Counted from the stretch's first letter, positions 19,653 through 30,638 are shown. The stretch is 64,000 nucleotides of DNA from a bacterium (GCA_965203885.1 OZ241920.1:449476-513475), one strand, 5' to 3'. Notes: generated by a model not told the origin, from the letters alone. Made by a program: numbers and translations.

Positions 19653-21359
19653 ATGCGAAAGCCATTAAGCATCTTGATCATTGCCGGTATCATGTCCTTG
19701 ACGTGGATCGACGGCGGCGAGGCCCAGGTGCCCAAGTCATCGGCGGACCTGGTGCTGGTCAACGGCACGGTATACACGATGGATGACAGCCGGCCCAAGG
19801 CGCAGGCCGTGGCCGTCATCGGCAACCGGATCGCCGTCGTGGGCGTAAACGAAGACGTGGAGCCCTTTATCGGTCCCGACACCCGGGTGATCGACCTGGA
19901 GGGACAGACCCTGGTGCCCGGATTGAAGGAGAGTCATGGCCACCTCATGGGCATCGGCGTCGCGAAGATGACGGTAAACCTGGTCGGCATATCGGGTTAC
20001 GACGAACTCATCGAACGGGTGCAGGCGGCGGGCGAGGGCATGGAGGAAGGGGAGTGGATCACCGGCCGAGGGTGGCACGAGGAGAAGTGGACGGACCGCA
20101 GTTCGCTCACGGTCCGCGGGTTCATGACCCATCACAGGCTGAGCGAGGCCGTGCCCGACAACCCCGTGTTCGTGCGAAGAGCCGACGGCCACGCCGGCTT
20201 TGCCAACGCCAGGGCCATGGAACTGATGGGCATCGACCGGACGACCCAGTCGCCCGAGGGCGGAGAAATCATCCGGGATGAAGACGGCAATCCCACGGGC
20301 GTACTGGTGGACCGGGCCATGTACCTGGTCGAAGTCCCGCCGTTTACGGAGAACCAGCGGCGGCAGGCCCTCGAACTCGGCATCCAGGAATGCCTGGCGA
20401 ACGGCATTACCATGTTCGACGACGCCGGGGTCGGCATGGCCGGGATCGACCTGTACAAGGAGTACGCGGACGCGGGCAAGCTGGACTTGCGGGTCTACGT
20501 GATGGTCGAGAACCTGTACACCATGCGGGCGCTGCAAAAGCCCTGGTCCCATCCCGACGGGTTCCTGACGGTCCGGGCAGTCAAGATGCGCGGCGACGGG
20601 GCGCTCGGTTCGCGGGGCGCCTGGCTGCTGGAGCCCTACGAGGACGACCCGGGCAATTACGGCTTCTTCACCACCGCGCCCGATTCCATCTACGAGGCGG
20701 CGCGCTACGGGCTGGAGAACGGCTGGCAGGTGTGCACCCACGCCATCGGCGACCGGGGCAACCGCATGATGCTGGACATGTACGAGAAGGCGATGAAGGA
20801 GTTTCCCCACGTGAAAGACCACCGTTACCGGGATGAGCACTCCCAGATCCTGGACCAGGCCGATATCCCCCGGTTCGCCGAGCTGGGCGTGATCGCGTCG
20901 ATGCAGGGGATTCACGCGACCTCGGACCTTCCCTGGGCGCCGGCCCGGCTTGGCTACGCCCGCACAGAGGAAGGCGGCTATGTCTGGCAGAAACTGCTGA
21001 AGGAAGGCGTCAAGATCATCAACGGGACCGACGCGCCGGTGGAAGGCATCAGCGCCATCGCGTCGTATTATGCCAGCGTGACCCGTGAGCTGCCGGACGG
21101 GACCCCGGAGGGCGGGATGTTCGGCGACCAGCGCATGTCGCGCCATGAGGCCCTTCGATCCTATACGCTGGACGCTGCCTTCGGCTCGTTCCACGAAGAC
21201 GTGCTCGGTTCCATCGAGCAGGGCAAGCTCGCGGATTTCACCGTGCTGTCGAAGGACATCATGACCGTACCGGAGAACGAGATCCTGGATACGGAAGTCG
21301 TGTATACCATCGTGGACGGAAAGGTGCGGTATGAAAGAGGGCGGGCAGCGACGCAGTGA
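19653..21359 (+). CDS. secreted amidohydrolase-family (Amidohydro_3-like) metal-dependent hydrolase
   Basis: Signal peptide MRKPLSILIIAGIMSLTWIDGGEA. Metal-ligand motifs HGH and a conserved Asp/His pattern of the amidohydrolase 3 family. Confidence 0.75.
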   Translation: MRKPLSILIIAGIMSLTWIDGGEAQVPKSSADLVLVNGTVYTMDDSRPKAQAVAVIGNRIAVVGVNEDVEPFIGPDTRVIDLEGQTLVPGLKESHGHLMGIGVAKMTVNLVGISGYDELIERVQAAGEGMEEGEWITGRGWHEEKWTDRSSLTVRGFMTHHRLSEAVPDNPVFVRRADGHAGFANARAMELMGIDRTTQSPEGGEIIRDEDGNPTGVLVDRAMYLVEVPPFTENQRRQALELGIQECLANGITMFDDAGVGMAGIDLYKEYADAGKLDLRVYVMVENLYTMRALQKPWSHPDGFLTVRAVKMRGDGALGSRGAWLLEPYEDDPGNYGFFTTAPDSIYEAARYGLENGWQVCTHAIGDRGNRMMLDMYEKAMKEFPHVKDHRYRDEHSQILDQADIPRFAELGVIASMQGIHATSDLPWAPARLGYARTEEGGYVWQKLLKEGVKIINGTDAPVEGISAIASYYASVTRELPDGTPEGGMFGDQRMSRHEALRSYTLDAAFGSFHEDVLGSIEQGKLADFTVLSKDIMTVPENEILDTEVVYTIVDGKVRYERGRAATQ

Positions 21360-21430
21360 AGGGTTTGGTTGAAGATAACGTGATGAAAGTGACGTGAAGG
21401 GTTTGGCCGAAGGTAATTGGCAGCGTAAGG

Positions 21431-21472
21431 GAACGGGGAGGGAACCCTTGGGGGCTTTCCCCGTTCTTTATA
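21431..21472 (+). terminator. candidate rho-independent terminator downstream of the amidohydrolase gene
   Basis: GAACGGGGA at 21431-21439 pairs with TCCCCGTTC at 21458-21466 (9-bp GC-rich stem), followed by TTTATAT. Confidence 0.35.
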
Positions 21473-21606
21473 TCAGGACACCTGCAACAGCGGTCGTCCA
21501 CAGTCCGCTTACCGATGGTAGAACTTGACGCGGACCCGTTTACAGTGCATATTTTCGGGCTTGCGTCCGCAGTGACCGGCATGGGGATTCCGCGAAGGGA
21601 GGCGGC

Positions 21607-22284
21607 GTGGCCGCGCATTGGTGTATCTGCCTGTTGACCGGCCTGATGGCGTTCCAGGGAGATGGATCCCCGAAGGAGATTCATTCGGCGGAAACCGTCA
21701 CGGGCAAGATGCGGCAGCGCCTGGACGGCGTTACGTCGCTGGCGGCGCGGTACACGGTGACGACCTACGCGGCCGTGCTCGAACAGCGAAACGAGACCGA
21801 GGGCCGCCTGTACCTGCAGCGGGACGAGAACCGTCTGCGCCTCGAAGAAGCCGGCCAGACCATCGTGTCCGACGGTGAATCCATGTGGACCTACGTGCCC
21901 GGCAACCGGCAGGTGATTGTGTCGCCGGCGGGGGACGAGGCGTCGGAGGCGCGGACCGGCGGACTGGGCCGGCCAGGCCGGCCGGACGATTTCATCTTCA
22001 ATTACTCGAACCGGTACCGGTACGACCTGGAGGGACGACAACGGATCGACGATTCCGGCTGTTACATTCTCAAGCTCACGGCCGTCGCGGCCGGCGAGGG
22101 TATTCCCGAGTTGCGTATCTGGGTCGAAGACGGCACCTGGCTCACGAAGAAAGTGGTTTATACGGACGACATGGGTTCCATGACCACGTTGCGTTTCATG
22201 GATTACCGGCTGAACGAGAAACTCGATCCCGGGCTGTTCGAAATGACGACGCCCGAGGATGTCGAATGGGTCGACCTGCGCTGA
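21607..22284 (+). CDS. LolA-like outer-membrane lipoprotein carrier / sorting protein
   Basis: GTG start with a GGGAGG box 5 nt upstream. It has LolA-family beta-barrel signature segments (LYLQRDENRLRLEE ... MWTYVP ... YILKLT). Confidence 0.55.
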   Translation: MAAHWCICLLTGLMAFQGDGSPKEIHSAETVTGKMRQRLDGVTSLAARYTVTTYAAVLEQRNETEGRLYLQRDENRLRLEEAGQTIVSDGESMWTYVPGNRQVIVSPAGDEASEARTGGLGRPGRPDDFIFNYSNRYRYDLEGRQRIDDSGCYILKLTAVAAGEGIPELRIWVEDGTWLTKKVVYTDDMGSMTTLRFMDYRLNEKLDPGLFEMTTPEDVEWVDLR

Positions 22285-22314
22285 AGGGCGCCGGGTAGAA
22301 AAGGGAGAAAGGTC

Positions 22315-23724
22315 TTGCCCAATATCAGCCTCGCCAGCCTGGGCTGTTCGAAGAACCTGGTGGATTCCGAGGTCATGCTGGGCCAGCTCACCCGGGCGGG
22401 CTACAACGTGGTGGCCGACCATGGGGACGCGGACGTCATCATCGTGAACACCTGCGCGTTCATCGGTCCCGCCAAGGAAGAGTCCATCGAGACCATCCTG
22501 GACCTCGCGCGGTTCAAGGAAGACGGCCGGTGCGATTCGCTCGTGGTCACGGGGTGCATGGCGCAGCGGTACGCCCACGACGTGGTCGCCGGGATGCCGG
22601 AAGTGGACGCCGTCATCGGCGTGCATCAGTACCCGCGTATCGTCCAGTTGCTGGACCGCCTGCGCGACCGGAGCGAGACCCTGCGGGAGATACGCAGGCA
22701 GCCGCTGCCCACCGACTATTCCTATCCCAGGGTCATCACCACGCCCCGTCACTCCGTCTACCTCAAGATCGCCGAGGGGTGCGACCGCAGGTGCACGTTC
22801 TGCATCATCCCGGCCATCCGGGGCGGCCAGCGCAGCCGGACCGTGGACTCCCTGGTGGAGGAGGCCCGGACGCTCGCCGGCCAGGGCGCCGTCGAACTGA
22901 ACCTGATCTCGCAGGACACCACCTGGTACGGCAAGGACCTGGCGGAACCGGCCAGGCTGGAAGACCTGCTTGCCGCGCTGAACGCCGTGGAGGGCGTGCG
23001 CTGGATCCGGGCGCTGTACAACCACCCCGTGCGGTTCACCGACGGGCTGATCGGCGCCTTCGCCGACCTGGAACGGGTCTGCAACTACGTCGATATGCCG
23101 CTGCAGCACATTTCGGACCCCATGCTCGAGCGCATGAACCGCGAGACCACCTCGAAGAAGACGCGCGCGCTCATGGAACGGATCCGCGCCCGGATACCGG
23201 ACGTGACGCTGAGAACCACCTTCATCGTGGGCTTTCCGGGGGAGACGGACGAGGATTTCGAACAACTCTGCGACTTCGTGGAGGAGACGCGGTTCGACCG
23301 CATGGGCGTGTTCATGTATTCGAGGGAGGAGAACACCCCGGCCGCCCGGTACGACCGGCAGGTACCCGAGGCCGTCAAGCAGGAGCGGTACAACCGGCTC
23401 ATGGCGCTGCAGCGCGAGATCTCGCTCGATCGGAACCGGTCCCTGGTGGGGAAGACGGTCGACGTGCTGATCGACGAAGCAACCGATGACGGGAAGTATA
23501 CCGGGCGAACCGCCGCGGACGCGCCGGAGGTCGACAACGAGGTGCTGGTCGCCGGCGGCGTCGGCCTGACCCCCGGCGGCGAACTGGCTCCCGGAGACTT
23601 CGTGTCCGTCGACATCACCGACGCCATGGAATACGATCTGGTCGGCGCGGTCTCGACAGGAACCCCCATACCCGGCGGGCGGGACCGGCAGACGTTCCCC
23701 GCCCGTTTTGGAACACCGGCATGA
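22315..23724 (+). CDS. rimO: ribosomal protein S12 methylthiotransferase RimO
   Basis: TTG start with AAGGGAGAAAGG upstream. MTTase N-terminal SLGCSKNLVDSE (RimO-type rather than MiaB-type). Radical-SAM CTFCIIP. TRAM-like C-terminus. Confidence 0.85.
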   Translation: MPNISLASLGCSKNLVDSEVMLGQLTRAGYNVVADHGDADVIIVNTCAFIGPAKEESIETILDLARFKEDGRCDSLVVTGCMAQRYAHDVVAGMPEVDAVIGVHQYPRIVQLLDRLRDRSETLREIRRQPLPTDYSYPRVITTPRHSVYLKIAEGCDRRCTFCIIPAIRGGQRSRTVDSLVEEARTLAGQGAVELNLISQDTTWYGKDLAEPARLEDLLAALNAVEGVRWIRALYNHPVRFTDGLIGAFADLERVCNYVDMPLQHISDPMLERMNRETTSKKTRALMERIRARIPDVTLRTTFIVGFPGETDEDFEQLCDFVEETRFDRMGVFMYSREENTPAARYDRQVPEAVKQERYNRLMALQREISLDRNRSLVGKTVDVLIDEATDDGKYTGRTAADAPEVDNEVLVAGGVGLTPGGELAPGDFVSVDITDAMEYDLVGAVSTGTPIPGGRDRQTFPARFGTPA

Positions 23725-24638
23725 TCACCCCGCGCGTATCCCGCCTCAGGATCCCTGTTACGGGGATCTTCCTTGCCCTGCTCGTGCTTCCGGCGTGCAG
23801 TCCGCCCGATTTCGATCCGGACTGGACCGCGGAAGAGCTCTACGATTACGGGGTGGAGCGCATGGAGCGGGAAGACTGGCTGGACGCCCTGGACGCCTTC
23901 CGGGCCATCACCCTCAGTCATTCCGGCAGCGACATCGTGGACGATGCCCTGTACCACCAGGGCGAGATGCACATCAAGATGGAAGAATACCCGCTCGCCG
24001 TACTCGTCTTCCGCCGGTTGATCAGCGATTTCCCCCAGAGCCCGCACAGCGACGCCAGCCAGTACCAGCTGGCCTATGCCACGTTCCTACAGTCCAATTC
24101 GCCCCATCTCACGCAGGACAAGACCTTCGAGGCCATCCGCGAGCTCCAGTTCTTCCTCGATGAGTACCCCGACAGCAAATGGAGCGCGGAAGTCCACGAA
24201 CTGCTGCAGGAATGTTTCGACAAGGTGGCCGAGAAGGACTACCGGATCGGCAACCTCTATTTCAAACTGAAGGACTGGGAAGCGGCCCGGCTCTATTTCG
24301 AAGAACTGCTGGAAAGGTATCCCATGAGCAACTGGGCTACCCGGGCGCAATACGAAATCGCCGAAAGCTACGCGAAGGAAGGCAAATACCGGGAAGCCAT
24401 CGAACAGTACGAAATCTTCATCCAGAGTTATCCTGAAAACGAACTGTCGGCGGAGGCGGGCAAGCGTCTTTCGGATCTCAGGTCCGACCACCCGGCGCCG
24501 TCTGGTCCGCCTGGTCCGCCTGGTCCGCCCGCGGATTACGGGAATGCCGGGGACGACCAGGCGTCCACGGGCGGGTCCACGGACGGATCCACGAGCGGGT
24601 CCCCGCCGGCGGAATCCGAGAGCGGCAACTCACCGTGA
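23721..24638 (+). CDS. bamD: BamD-like outer-membrane assembly lipoprotein (TPR) with low-complexity C-terminal tail
   Basis: Lipobox LVLPAC. TPR-like helices. The C-terminus has PPGPPGPPADYGNAGDDQASTGGSTDGSTSGSPPAESESGNSP, encoded by 9-bp tandem repeats. Confidence 0.7.
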   Translation: MITPRVSRLRIPVTGIFLALLVLPACSPPDFDPDWTAEELYDYGVERMEREDWLDALDAFRAITLSHSGSDIVDDALYHQGEMHIKMEEYPLAVLVFRRLISDFPQSPHSDASQYQLAYATFLQSNSPHLTQDKTFEAIRELQFFLDEYPDSKWSAEVHELLQECFDKVAEKDYRIGNLYFKLKDWEAARLYFEELLERYPMSNWATRAQYEIAESYAKEGKYREAIEQYEIFIQSYPENELSAEAGKRLSDLRSDHPAPSGPPGPPGPPADYGNAGDDQASTGGSTDGSTSGSPPAESESGNSP

Positions 24639-25246
24639 AAATCCACCGGCTCGGCGTTTTGGGGGGAACGTTCGACCCGATACACTCCGGCCACCTGGTC
24701 ATTGCCCGGGGCGTGATGGACCGCTGCGCCCTCGACCGGCTCCTCTTCGTACCGGCCGCCCGCCCCCCGCACAAGCAGGGCCATGCCATCTCCCCGTCGG
24801 AGGACCGGTACCGCATGGCGGAGCTGGCCGCGCGGCAGGATCCCCGGATCGAGGTTTCGGACCTGGAGATCAACCGCCCGGGCCTGTCTTATACCGTGGA
24901 CACGCTGGATGCGCTGCGGAGGGAATACGGCGCGGCGTGTGAACTCTATCTCGTCCTCGGCGCCGACAGCCTGCTCGAGATCGACACCTGGCATGCGCCG
25001 GACCGCCTGTTCGAACTGGCCACGGTGGTGTCGATCCCGCGGCCGGGCAAGGACCTCACCGGCGTGGATCCCCGCTGGCGGGACCGCGTCGCCGACATCC
25101 CACTTCCCGAAATCGATATCTCTTCAACGGACATTCGCCGTCGCACGGGAGCGGGGCTTCCCATCGGCCACTTGGTCCCGGCGGAAGTGGCGGATTACAT
25201 CGAAGAACGGGGTCTCTACGGGGACCGCGCGGCGCGCGAGGGATAG
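24635..25246 (+). CDS. nadD: nicotinate-nucleotide adenylyltransferase
   Basis: GGTFDPIHSGH (H/T-x-G-H motif), SxxxxR. Confidence 0.9.
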   Translation: MKIHRLGVLGGTFDPIHSGHLVIARGVMDRCALDRLLFVPAARPPHKQGHAISPSEDRYRMAELAARQDPRIEVSDLEINRPGLSYTVDTLDALRREYGAACELYLVLGADSLLEIDTWHAPDRLFELATVVSIPRPGKDLTGVDPRWRDRVADIPLPEIDISSTDIRRRTGAGLPIGHLVPAEVADYIEERGLYGDRAAREG

Positions 25247-25340
25247 GCGGCCCGGCGGGTAGGCAGGCTCGAAATGGGCGGGTCGGTGGTCCAGATGGTC
25301 TGGCGGGCTCGGGAAGGCCAGGCGGCCCGGTGGGTTCTTC

Positions 25341-25934
25341 TCAGGACAGGATCCGTTTCCAGAGCGCCTCGGCCTCTTCGGCCAGTTCCTCCTCGGTCCC
25401 GTTGTTTTCCAGCACGAAATCGGCCCAGCGCGCCTGCTTCGCGTCGGACACCTGGGCGGCGATACGCTGCTCGGCCTCGCGCCCGGTCAGGCCGCTGCGG
25501 AGGATGATCCGTTCTTTTCGCGTGGAGGCGGGGGCGGTTACCAGGATGACCTTGTCGGCGAGATCGGTGGGTCCGGTGTCCACCAGCAGGGGGGCGTCGA
25601 CCACGACGACCCCGTCGTAGCCTTCGCCGCGCATTTCGCCGGTCCGTCGGCGTATTTCCGCGCGTATGGCGGGCCGGACCAGGCAATTCAGCTGCTGCCG
25701 GGCCTTTTCGTCGCCGAAGACCACGCGGCCGAGGGCCTGCCGGTCCACCTCCCCTTCCTCATTCAGGACGTCCTCGCCGAAGGTTTCCCGGATGGCGCTG
25801 CGCAACCGGTCGGTCCGCAACAGGTCGTGGCCGATGGCGTCGGCGTCCAGGACGCGTGCGCCGAGCCGCTCGAAAACCCGGGCCACCGTCGACTTACCCG
25901 AGGCGATGCCGCCGGCTACTCCGATGACGATCAC
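25341..25934 (-). CDS. coaE: dephospho-CoA kinase
   Basis: P-loop GVAGGIASGKST near the N-terminus. Typical length (197 aa). Confidence 0.9.
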   Translation of the reverse strand: MIVIGVAGGIASGKSTVARVFERLGARVLDADAIGHDLLRTDRLRSAIRETFGEDVLNEEGEVDRQALGRVVFGDEKARQQLNCLVRPAIRAEIRRRTGEMRGEGYDGVVVVDAPLLVDTGPTDLADKVILVTAPASTRKERIILRSGLTGREAEQRIAAQVSDAKQARWADFVLENNGTEEELAEEAEALWKRILS

Positions 25935-25941
25935 GTCTCAC

Positions 25942-28900
25942 CTATACCCCGACCGTTCCGGCGCCGTTGGCCTGTTCGCCCGGGGCGGACGCGGGTTCGA
26001 GCACTTCCGACCCGGCGTCCTCGAGACGCACGGAGACCATCTTGGACAGGCCGGGTTCTTCCATGGTAATGCCGTACAGGTAGTCGGCGGCTTCCATGGT
26101 CCGCTTGTTGTGGGTGACCACGAGGAACTGCGTGTCGCTGGTAAACTGGCGCAGGGCGCTCGCGAAACGTCTCACGTTGGCGTCGTCCAGCGGCGCGTCC
26201 ACTTCGTCGAACACGCAGAAGGGGCTGGGCTTCACGAGGTAGATGGCGAAGAGCAGGGCGATGGCCGTGAGGGCCGTCTCGCCGCCCGACAGCAGGGCCA
26301 GGCTCTGCAGCCGCTTCCCGCCCGGCCGCGCCATGATCTCTATGCCCGTTTCGAGGGGGTCGCCTTCCTCGAGCATGAGGTCCGCCTCGCCGCCCTCGAA
26401 AAGCGTCTGGAACGTGGTCATGAAGTTGGTCCGGACCTCTTCGAAGGTGGTCATGAAGCGGGAACGGGCGGCCTTGTTCATCTTGACGATGGTCTTCTCC
26501 AGGTTGTCCTTGGCCTCGATGAGGTCGTTCTGCTGCTGCTGGAGGAAGTCGAGCCGCTCCTTGCCCGCCCGGTACTCCTCCACCGCCGCCATGTTGATGG
26601 GACCCAGGTCGTCCACCTTGCGCTGGAGACCGCTCCTCAGGGTCTGGGCGGCGTCGGGCGTGTATTCGTCCAGTTCCTCGATCGCCGGCAGTTCTTCCAT
26701 GCCCTCGGGATCGGTGTCGTGCTTCTCCATCAACTGCCGCCGGATCTCGTTGCTCTTCATGTACAGCTCGGCGTCTTCCAGCTCGGCCAGGTGCACCTGT
26801 TCCTGCACCTGGGTGAGCGCGTTCCGGTCCTCGCCGAGGCGCTGCTGCATCCCCCGTTCGGCTTCCTGCAGGTCCTGGTGCTCTTCGAGGACGGCGTCGC
26901 GGTCCGCCTCCCGTTTCCGCCTGGACGCGTAGTGCGTCTCCAGCTGTTTCTCGTTCCGTTCCTGCGTCTTCTTCAGCTCCTTCGACTGGCTTCCGGCCTC
27001 CACCGCCTCGGTCTTCCGCTGCGCCAGGAGACTGGCCAGGCGCTCGTTCTCCTGGGTGAGGAACTCATCGGTGGTGCTCAGCTCGTTGCTCCGGCTCTCC
27101 ATGGAGACGAGGGCGACCCGGGCGTCGTTGGCCGCTTCGGCCAGCCGCTGGCGCTCGGCTTCCATCTCGTCCATGGTCTTCTGGTTGCCCCGCTCTTCTT
27201 CTTCGGCCGACCGCCGGTCGCGCTCCAGGGACTCCAGCGCTTTCTTCCGTTTCTCGCGCTCCCCGGCCGCAGCCTTCGCGTCCGCGGCCAGGGAATCGGC
27301 TTCCCGCGCGAGTTCTTCGCCCTGCTCCGTCATCCGGGAGCGCTCGAAATCCAGCTGCCGGTCCCGGGACTCCGTCTCCATCAGCTTGCGCCGGGCTTCG
27401 CCGAGCACCCCTTCGACGGACGCCTGCCGCTCCGTAAGCGAGGCCAGTTCCGCCTCCAGGCCTTCCAGCTCGCCGGCGATCTTCTCCCGTTCCGCGCGGT
27501 TTTCCGCCAGTTCCCCCTCGATCTCCTCGATCCGCTCCGCCCGTCGAAGCAGGTCCGACTCGCCCGCCTCGAAGGATCCGCCGGTCAGCAGTCCGGCCGG
27601 GTCCACGACCTCGCCGGCGGCCGTCAGGAGCCGCCAGTCCTGGTCGGTGTCGAACAGGGGGGACAGGCGGAAGGCCGTTTCCACGTCCTTCACGAGCACG
27701 ACCCGGGAGAGCAGGTGGATCACGGCGGGGTCGAGCGCCTTGTCGGAAGTGACCATCGCGCTCGCGCGGCCGATGATGCCTTCGTCCTCGAAGGGCAGGT
27801 CCGCGGGCGCGGGGCGGGACTTCATCCGGTCGAGGAGGAGGAAGGAAGCCCGTCCGGCGTCCTGTTCCCGGAGGTAGCGGAGGGCCGCCTCGGCATCCTC
27901 CGTGCGGCCGGCCACCACGTACTGCAGCATGTCGTCCAGGTAGGCCGCGATCACCGGTTCGTACGTCTTGTCGATCGTGATCCCGTCCGCCAGCACGCCC
28001 CGGAGTCCATCGATATCCGCGCCGTTGGTGAGCAGCGTCCGGACCCCCTGGCCGAATCCTTCATACTGCCGGTGCATGCGGTCGAGCAGCGCCTTCTCTT
28101 TTTCGGTCGTCGCGATGGTCGTTTCGAGGCCGGTCAGCCCGTCCCGGGCCGACTCGATGCACTCCCGCGCGTCCTGGACGGACTCCGTCAGGTTCGCGTG
28201 CAGGGAGGCGTTTTCCTCCACCCCCCGCCTGAGGCCGCCCAGTTCCTTGTGCACGGCTTCGACGGCCGCCGTCTTCGAATCCAGTTCTTCGGCGAGCCTC
28301 TTCCGTGCGGAGGCCACTTCGGCGCTTCGTTCGCGAAGGGACGCTTCGCGGGCTTCGAGCGAACTGATCTCCGCCAGCTCGCCCGAGTGCTGCCGGATCA
28401 ACGCCATGCTCTGGTCCCGCAGGGCCTGGGTCGCTTCCTTCTGCGCGGCGATCCGGCCGGCGTAGGTCCTGGACGCTTCGTCCCGTTCCGCGAAGGCGGC
28501 GCGCGCCTGCTCCAGCGCCTTATCCAGGGTCTTCCGGTCGTCGCCGATCCGGGTCAGCTGGGACCGGATGCTGCCCTGCTCGGCCTCGGCCTGCTCGGCT
28601 TCCCCGGACGCGGAACTGGCCCGCTGCTCCAGGCCGGTCCGCCGTTCCCTGCTGACCAGGAGCTCCTCTTCCAGCGCCCTGATCTGGTCGTCGATCTTAT
28701 TCACCGCGTCCTGCCGGTCCTGGAGTTTCTCCTCCTTTTCCAGCTGGACGGCCTTGTTCTTCTCGACCTCGGCCTCGGCGGTCCGTATGCGCGTCTGGAT
28801 GGCTTCCTTCCGGTCCCCGTACTCCTTGATCCGGGCGCGGACGGGTTCGGTCCGCCCGCGCAGATCCTGGTACGCGTGACAGGCGACCACGATCTCCACG

Positions 28901-29571
28901 TCCTTCATCTGCCGCATCAGGCGTTCGTAGCGCTCGTACTTGCGCACCTGCCGCCGCAGCGAACTCACGCTGCGATCGACTTCATCCAGGAGATCGGCGA
29001 TGCGCACCAGGTCGTGCTCGGTCCCTTCCAGCTTCCGCTGCGCCAGGCGCCGCCGGGTCTTGTACTTGTTGATGCCGGCGGCTTCCTCGATGAGCTGGCG
29101 GCGTTCCAGCGGACTGCCGTTCACCACCGATTCCACCATGCCCTGCTCGATGATCGAATAGGCGTGGGCGCCCATGCCCGTGTCCAGCAGGAGGTTGGTG
29201 ATGTCCTTGAGGCGGCAGGGCACCTTGTTGATCTGGTACTCGCTCGCGCCCGACCGGAAGTAGCGGCGCGTGATCGTGACTTCGCTGTATTCGACGGGCA
29301 GCATCTGCTCGCTGTTGTCGATCGTCAGCGACACCTCCGCCATGCCGAGAGGTTTGCGGGCCGCCGTCCCGTTGAAGATGATGTCTTCCATCCGGTCGCC
29401 CCGCAGCGAAGTCGCGCGGTGCTCCCCCAGCGCCCAGCGGATCGCGTCGACGATATTGGACTTGCCGCAGCCGTTCGGACCGACCACGGCCGTGATGCCG
29501 TCGCTGAACTTCACCTTCAGCCGGGTGGAGAAGGACTTGAAACCGATCATTTCGAGATGGGACAGACGCAT
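25942..29571 (-). CDS. smc: chromosome segregation protein SMC
   Basis: N-terminal Walker A GPNGCGKSN. Long coiled coils with a central hinge. C-terminal signature LSGGE and Walker B. 1209 aa. Confidence 0.95.
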   Translation of the reverse strand: MRLSHLEMIGFKSFSTRLKVKFSDGITAVVGPNGCGKSNIVDAIRWALGEHRATSLRGDRMEDIIFNGTAARKPLGMAEVSLTIDNSEQMLPVEYSEVTITRRYFRSGASEYQINKVPCRLKDITNLLLDTGMGAHAYSIIEQGMVESVVNGSPLERRQLIEEAAGINKYKTRRRLAQRKLEGTEHDLVRIADLLDEVDRSVSSLRRQVRKYERYERLMRQMKDVEIVVACHAYQDLRGRTEPVRARIKEYGDRKEAIQTRIRTAEAEVEKNKAVQLEKEEKLQDRQDAVNKIDDQIRALEEELLVSRERRTGLEQRASSASGEAEQAEAEQGSIRSQLTRIGDDRKTLDKALEQARAAFAERDEASRTYAGRIAAQKEATQALRDQSMALIRQHSGELAEISSLEAREASLRERSAEVASARKRLAEELDSKTAAVEAVHKELGGLRRGVEENASLHANLTESVQDARECIESARDGLTGLETTIATTEKEKALLDRMHRQYEGFGQGVRTLLTNGADIDGLRGVLADGITIDKTYEPVIAAYLDDMLQYVVAGRTEDAEAALRYLREQDAGRASFLLLDRMKSRPAPADLPFEDEGIIGRASAMVTSDKALDPAVIHLLSRVVLVKDVETAFRLSPLFDTDQDWRLLTAAGEVVDPAGLLTGGSFEAGESDLLRRAERIEEIEGELAENRAEREKIAGELEGLEAELASLTERQASVEGVLGEARRKLMETESRDRQLDFERSRMTEQGEELAREADSLAADAKAAAGEREKRKKALESLERDRRSAEEEERGNQKTMDEMEAERQRLAEAANDARVALVSMESRSNELSTTDEFLTQENERLASLLAQRKTEAVEAGSQSKELKKTQERNEKQLETHYASRRKREADRDAVLEEHQDLQEAERGMQQRLGEDRNALTQVQEQVHLAELEDAELYMKSNEIRRQLMEKHDTDPEGMEELPAIEELDEYTPDAAQTLRSGLQRKVDDLGPINMAAVEEYRAGKERLDFLQQQQNDLIEAKDNLEKTIVKMNKAARSRFMTTFEEVRTNFMTTFQTLFEGGEADLMLEEGDPLETGIEIMARPGGKRLQSLALLSGGETALTAIALLFAIYLVKPSPFCVFDEVDAPLDDANVRRFASALRQFTSDTQFLVVTHNKRTMEAADYLYGITMEEPGLSKMVSVRLEDAGSEVLEPASAPGEQANGAGTVGV

Positions 29572-29879
29572 CGGAAGCGGATCCTGATGTCGTGTAACGC
29601 CTGGTCGAAATACGGTAAAGTGAGATCGGGTCGAAAATGGGTTTCAGGAGACTATTAAGGGGATATATTAGTATATGTAGGGGGCTTGTCAAGCGATTTA
29701 TACACTATGTACGATGGGCCCGGCCGGGCTGAAACCACCGTGAACACGGATCGAACGGGAAATCGAGGAGCTTGAATGGAGTGGTCGACGGGTCTGAAAT
29801 GGATCGGCCTGGGGACCTGCCGCCGATCGCGGGCGTATCCGGTCCATCTCCGGCCGCAACAAGGGATCGACGCACCAAG

Positions 29880-30584
29880 ATGGAAACATCATCCGACAAC
29901 CCGACCATCGTGGTCATCATACCGGTCCTGAACGAAGAGGATTCGATCGGACTGGTCCTGGCGCACATCCCGGAGGGGATGGCCGCGGCCGTGATCGTCG
30001 TGGACAACGGTTCGACGGACCGGACCGGCGCCGTGGCCGCGGAGGCCGGCGCCGTCGTCGTGCAAGAGCCCCGGCGCGGGTACGGGGCCGCGTGCCTGCG
30101 CGGCATGGCCGAGGCCGCCCGGTTCGCCCCGGACGTCATCGTGTTCCTGGACGGCGACTACAGCGATTACCCGGAAGAGATGGGGGACCTCGTGCGGCCG
30201 GTCGTGGAGGAGGGTTGCGACCTGGTGATCGGGTCCCGCATGCTGGGCCGGCGCGCGCCGGGTTCCATGCCGGTCCAGTCCCTGATCGGAAACGTCATGG
30301 TACCCCGGATCATCCGCTGGCTCTACGGCCACCGGTACACCGACCTCGGTCCGTTCCGGGCCATACGCTACGACCGCCTGCTCGAGCTGGACATGGCGGA
30401 TCAGGATTTCGGCTGGACCGTCGAAATGCAGATCAAGGCGGCGCAGAAGAAATACCGCACCCTCGACGTCCCGGTGCGCTACCGCAAGCGGGTCGGGGTT
30501 TCCAAGATCACGGGGACGCTGTCCGGCGCGGTCCGGGCGGGGTTGAAGATCCTGTGGGTGACGTTTCGGTATGCGGTGAGGTAG
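29880..30584 (+). CDS. family 2 glycosyltransferase (DPM1/GtrB-like)
   Basis: VVIIPVLNEE, VDNGSTDRT and a DxD-like FLDGDYSD. Start trimmed to the ATG at 29880. Confidence 0.8.
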   Translation: METSSDNPTIVVIIPVLNEEDSIGLVLAHIPEGMAAAVIVVDNGSTDRTGAVAAEAGAVVVQEPRRGYGAACLRGMAEAARFAPDVIVFLDGDYSDYPEEMGDLVRPVVEEGCDLVIGSRMLGRRAPGSMPVQSLIGNVMVPRIIRWLYGHRYTDLGPFRAIRYDRLLELDMADQDFGWTVEMQIKAAQKKYRTLDVPVRYRKRVGVSKITGTLSGAVRAGLKILWVTFRYAVR

Positions 30585-30638
30585 GGAGGGATTCGGTTGA
30601 TCCGCGATGAAGAGAATTGGATGAATCTCAACCTTCCA

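Noticed and set aside
25666-29658. 1330-aa plus-strand ORF
   Set aside because: It is exactly antisense to smc, whose Walker motifs and coiled coils are unmistakable on the minus strand.
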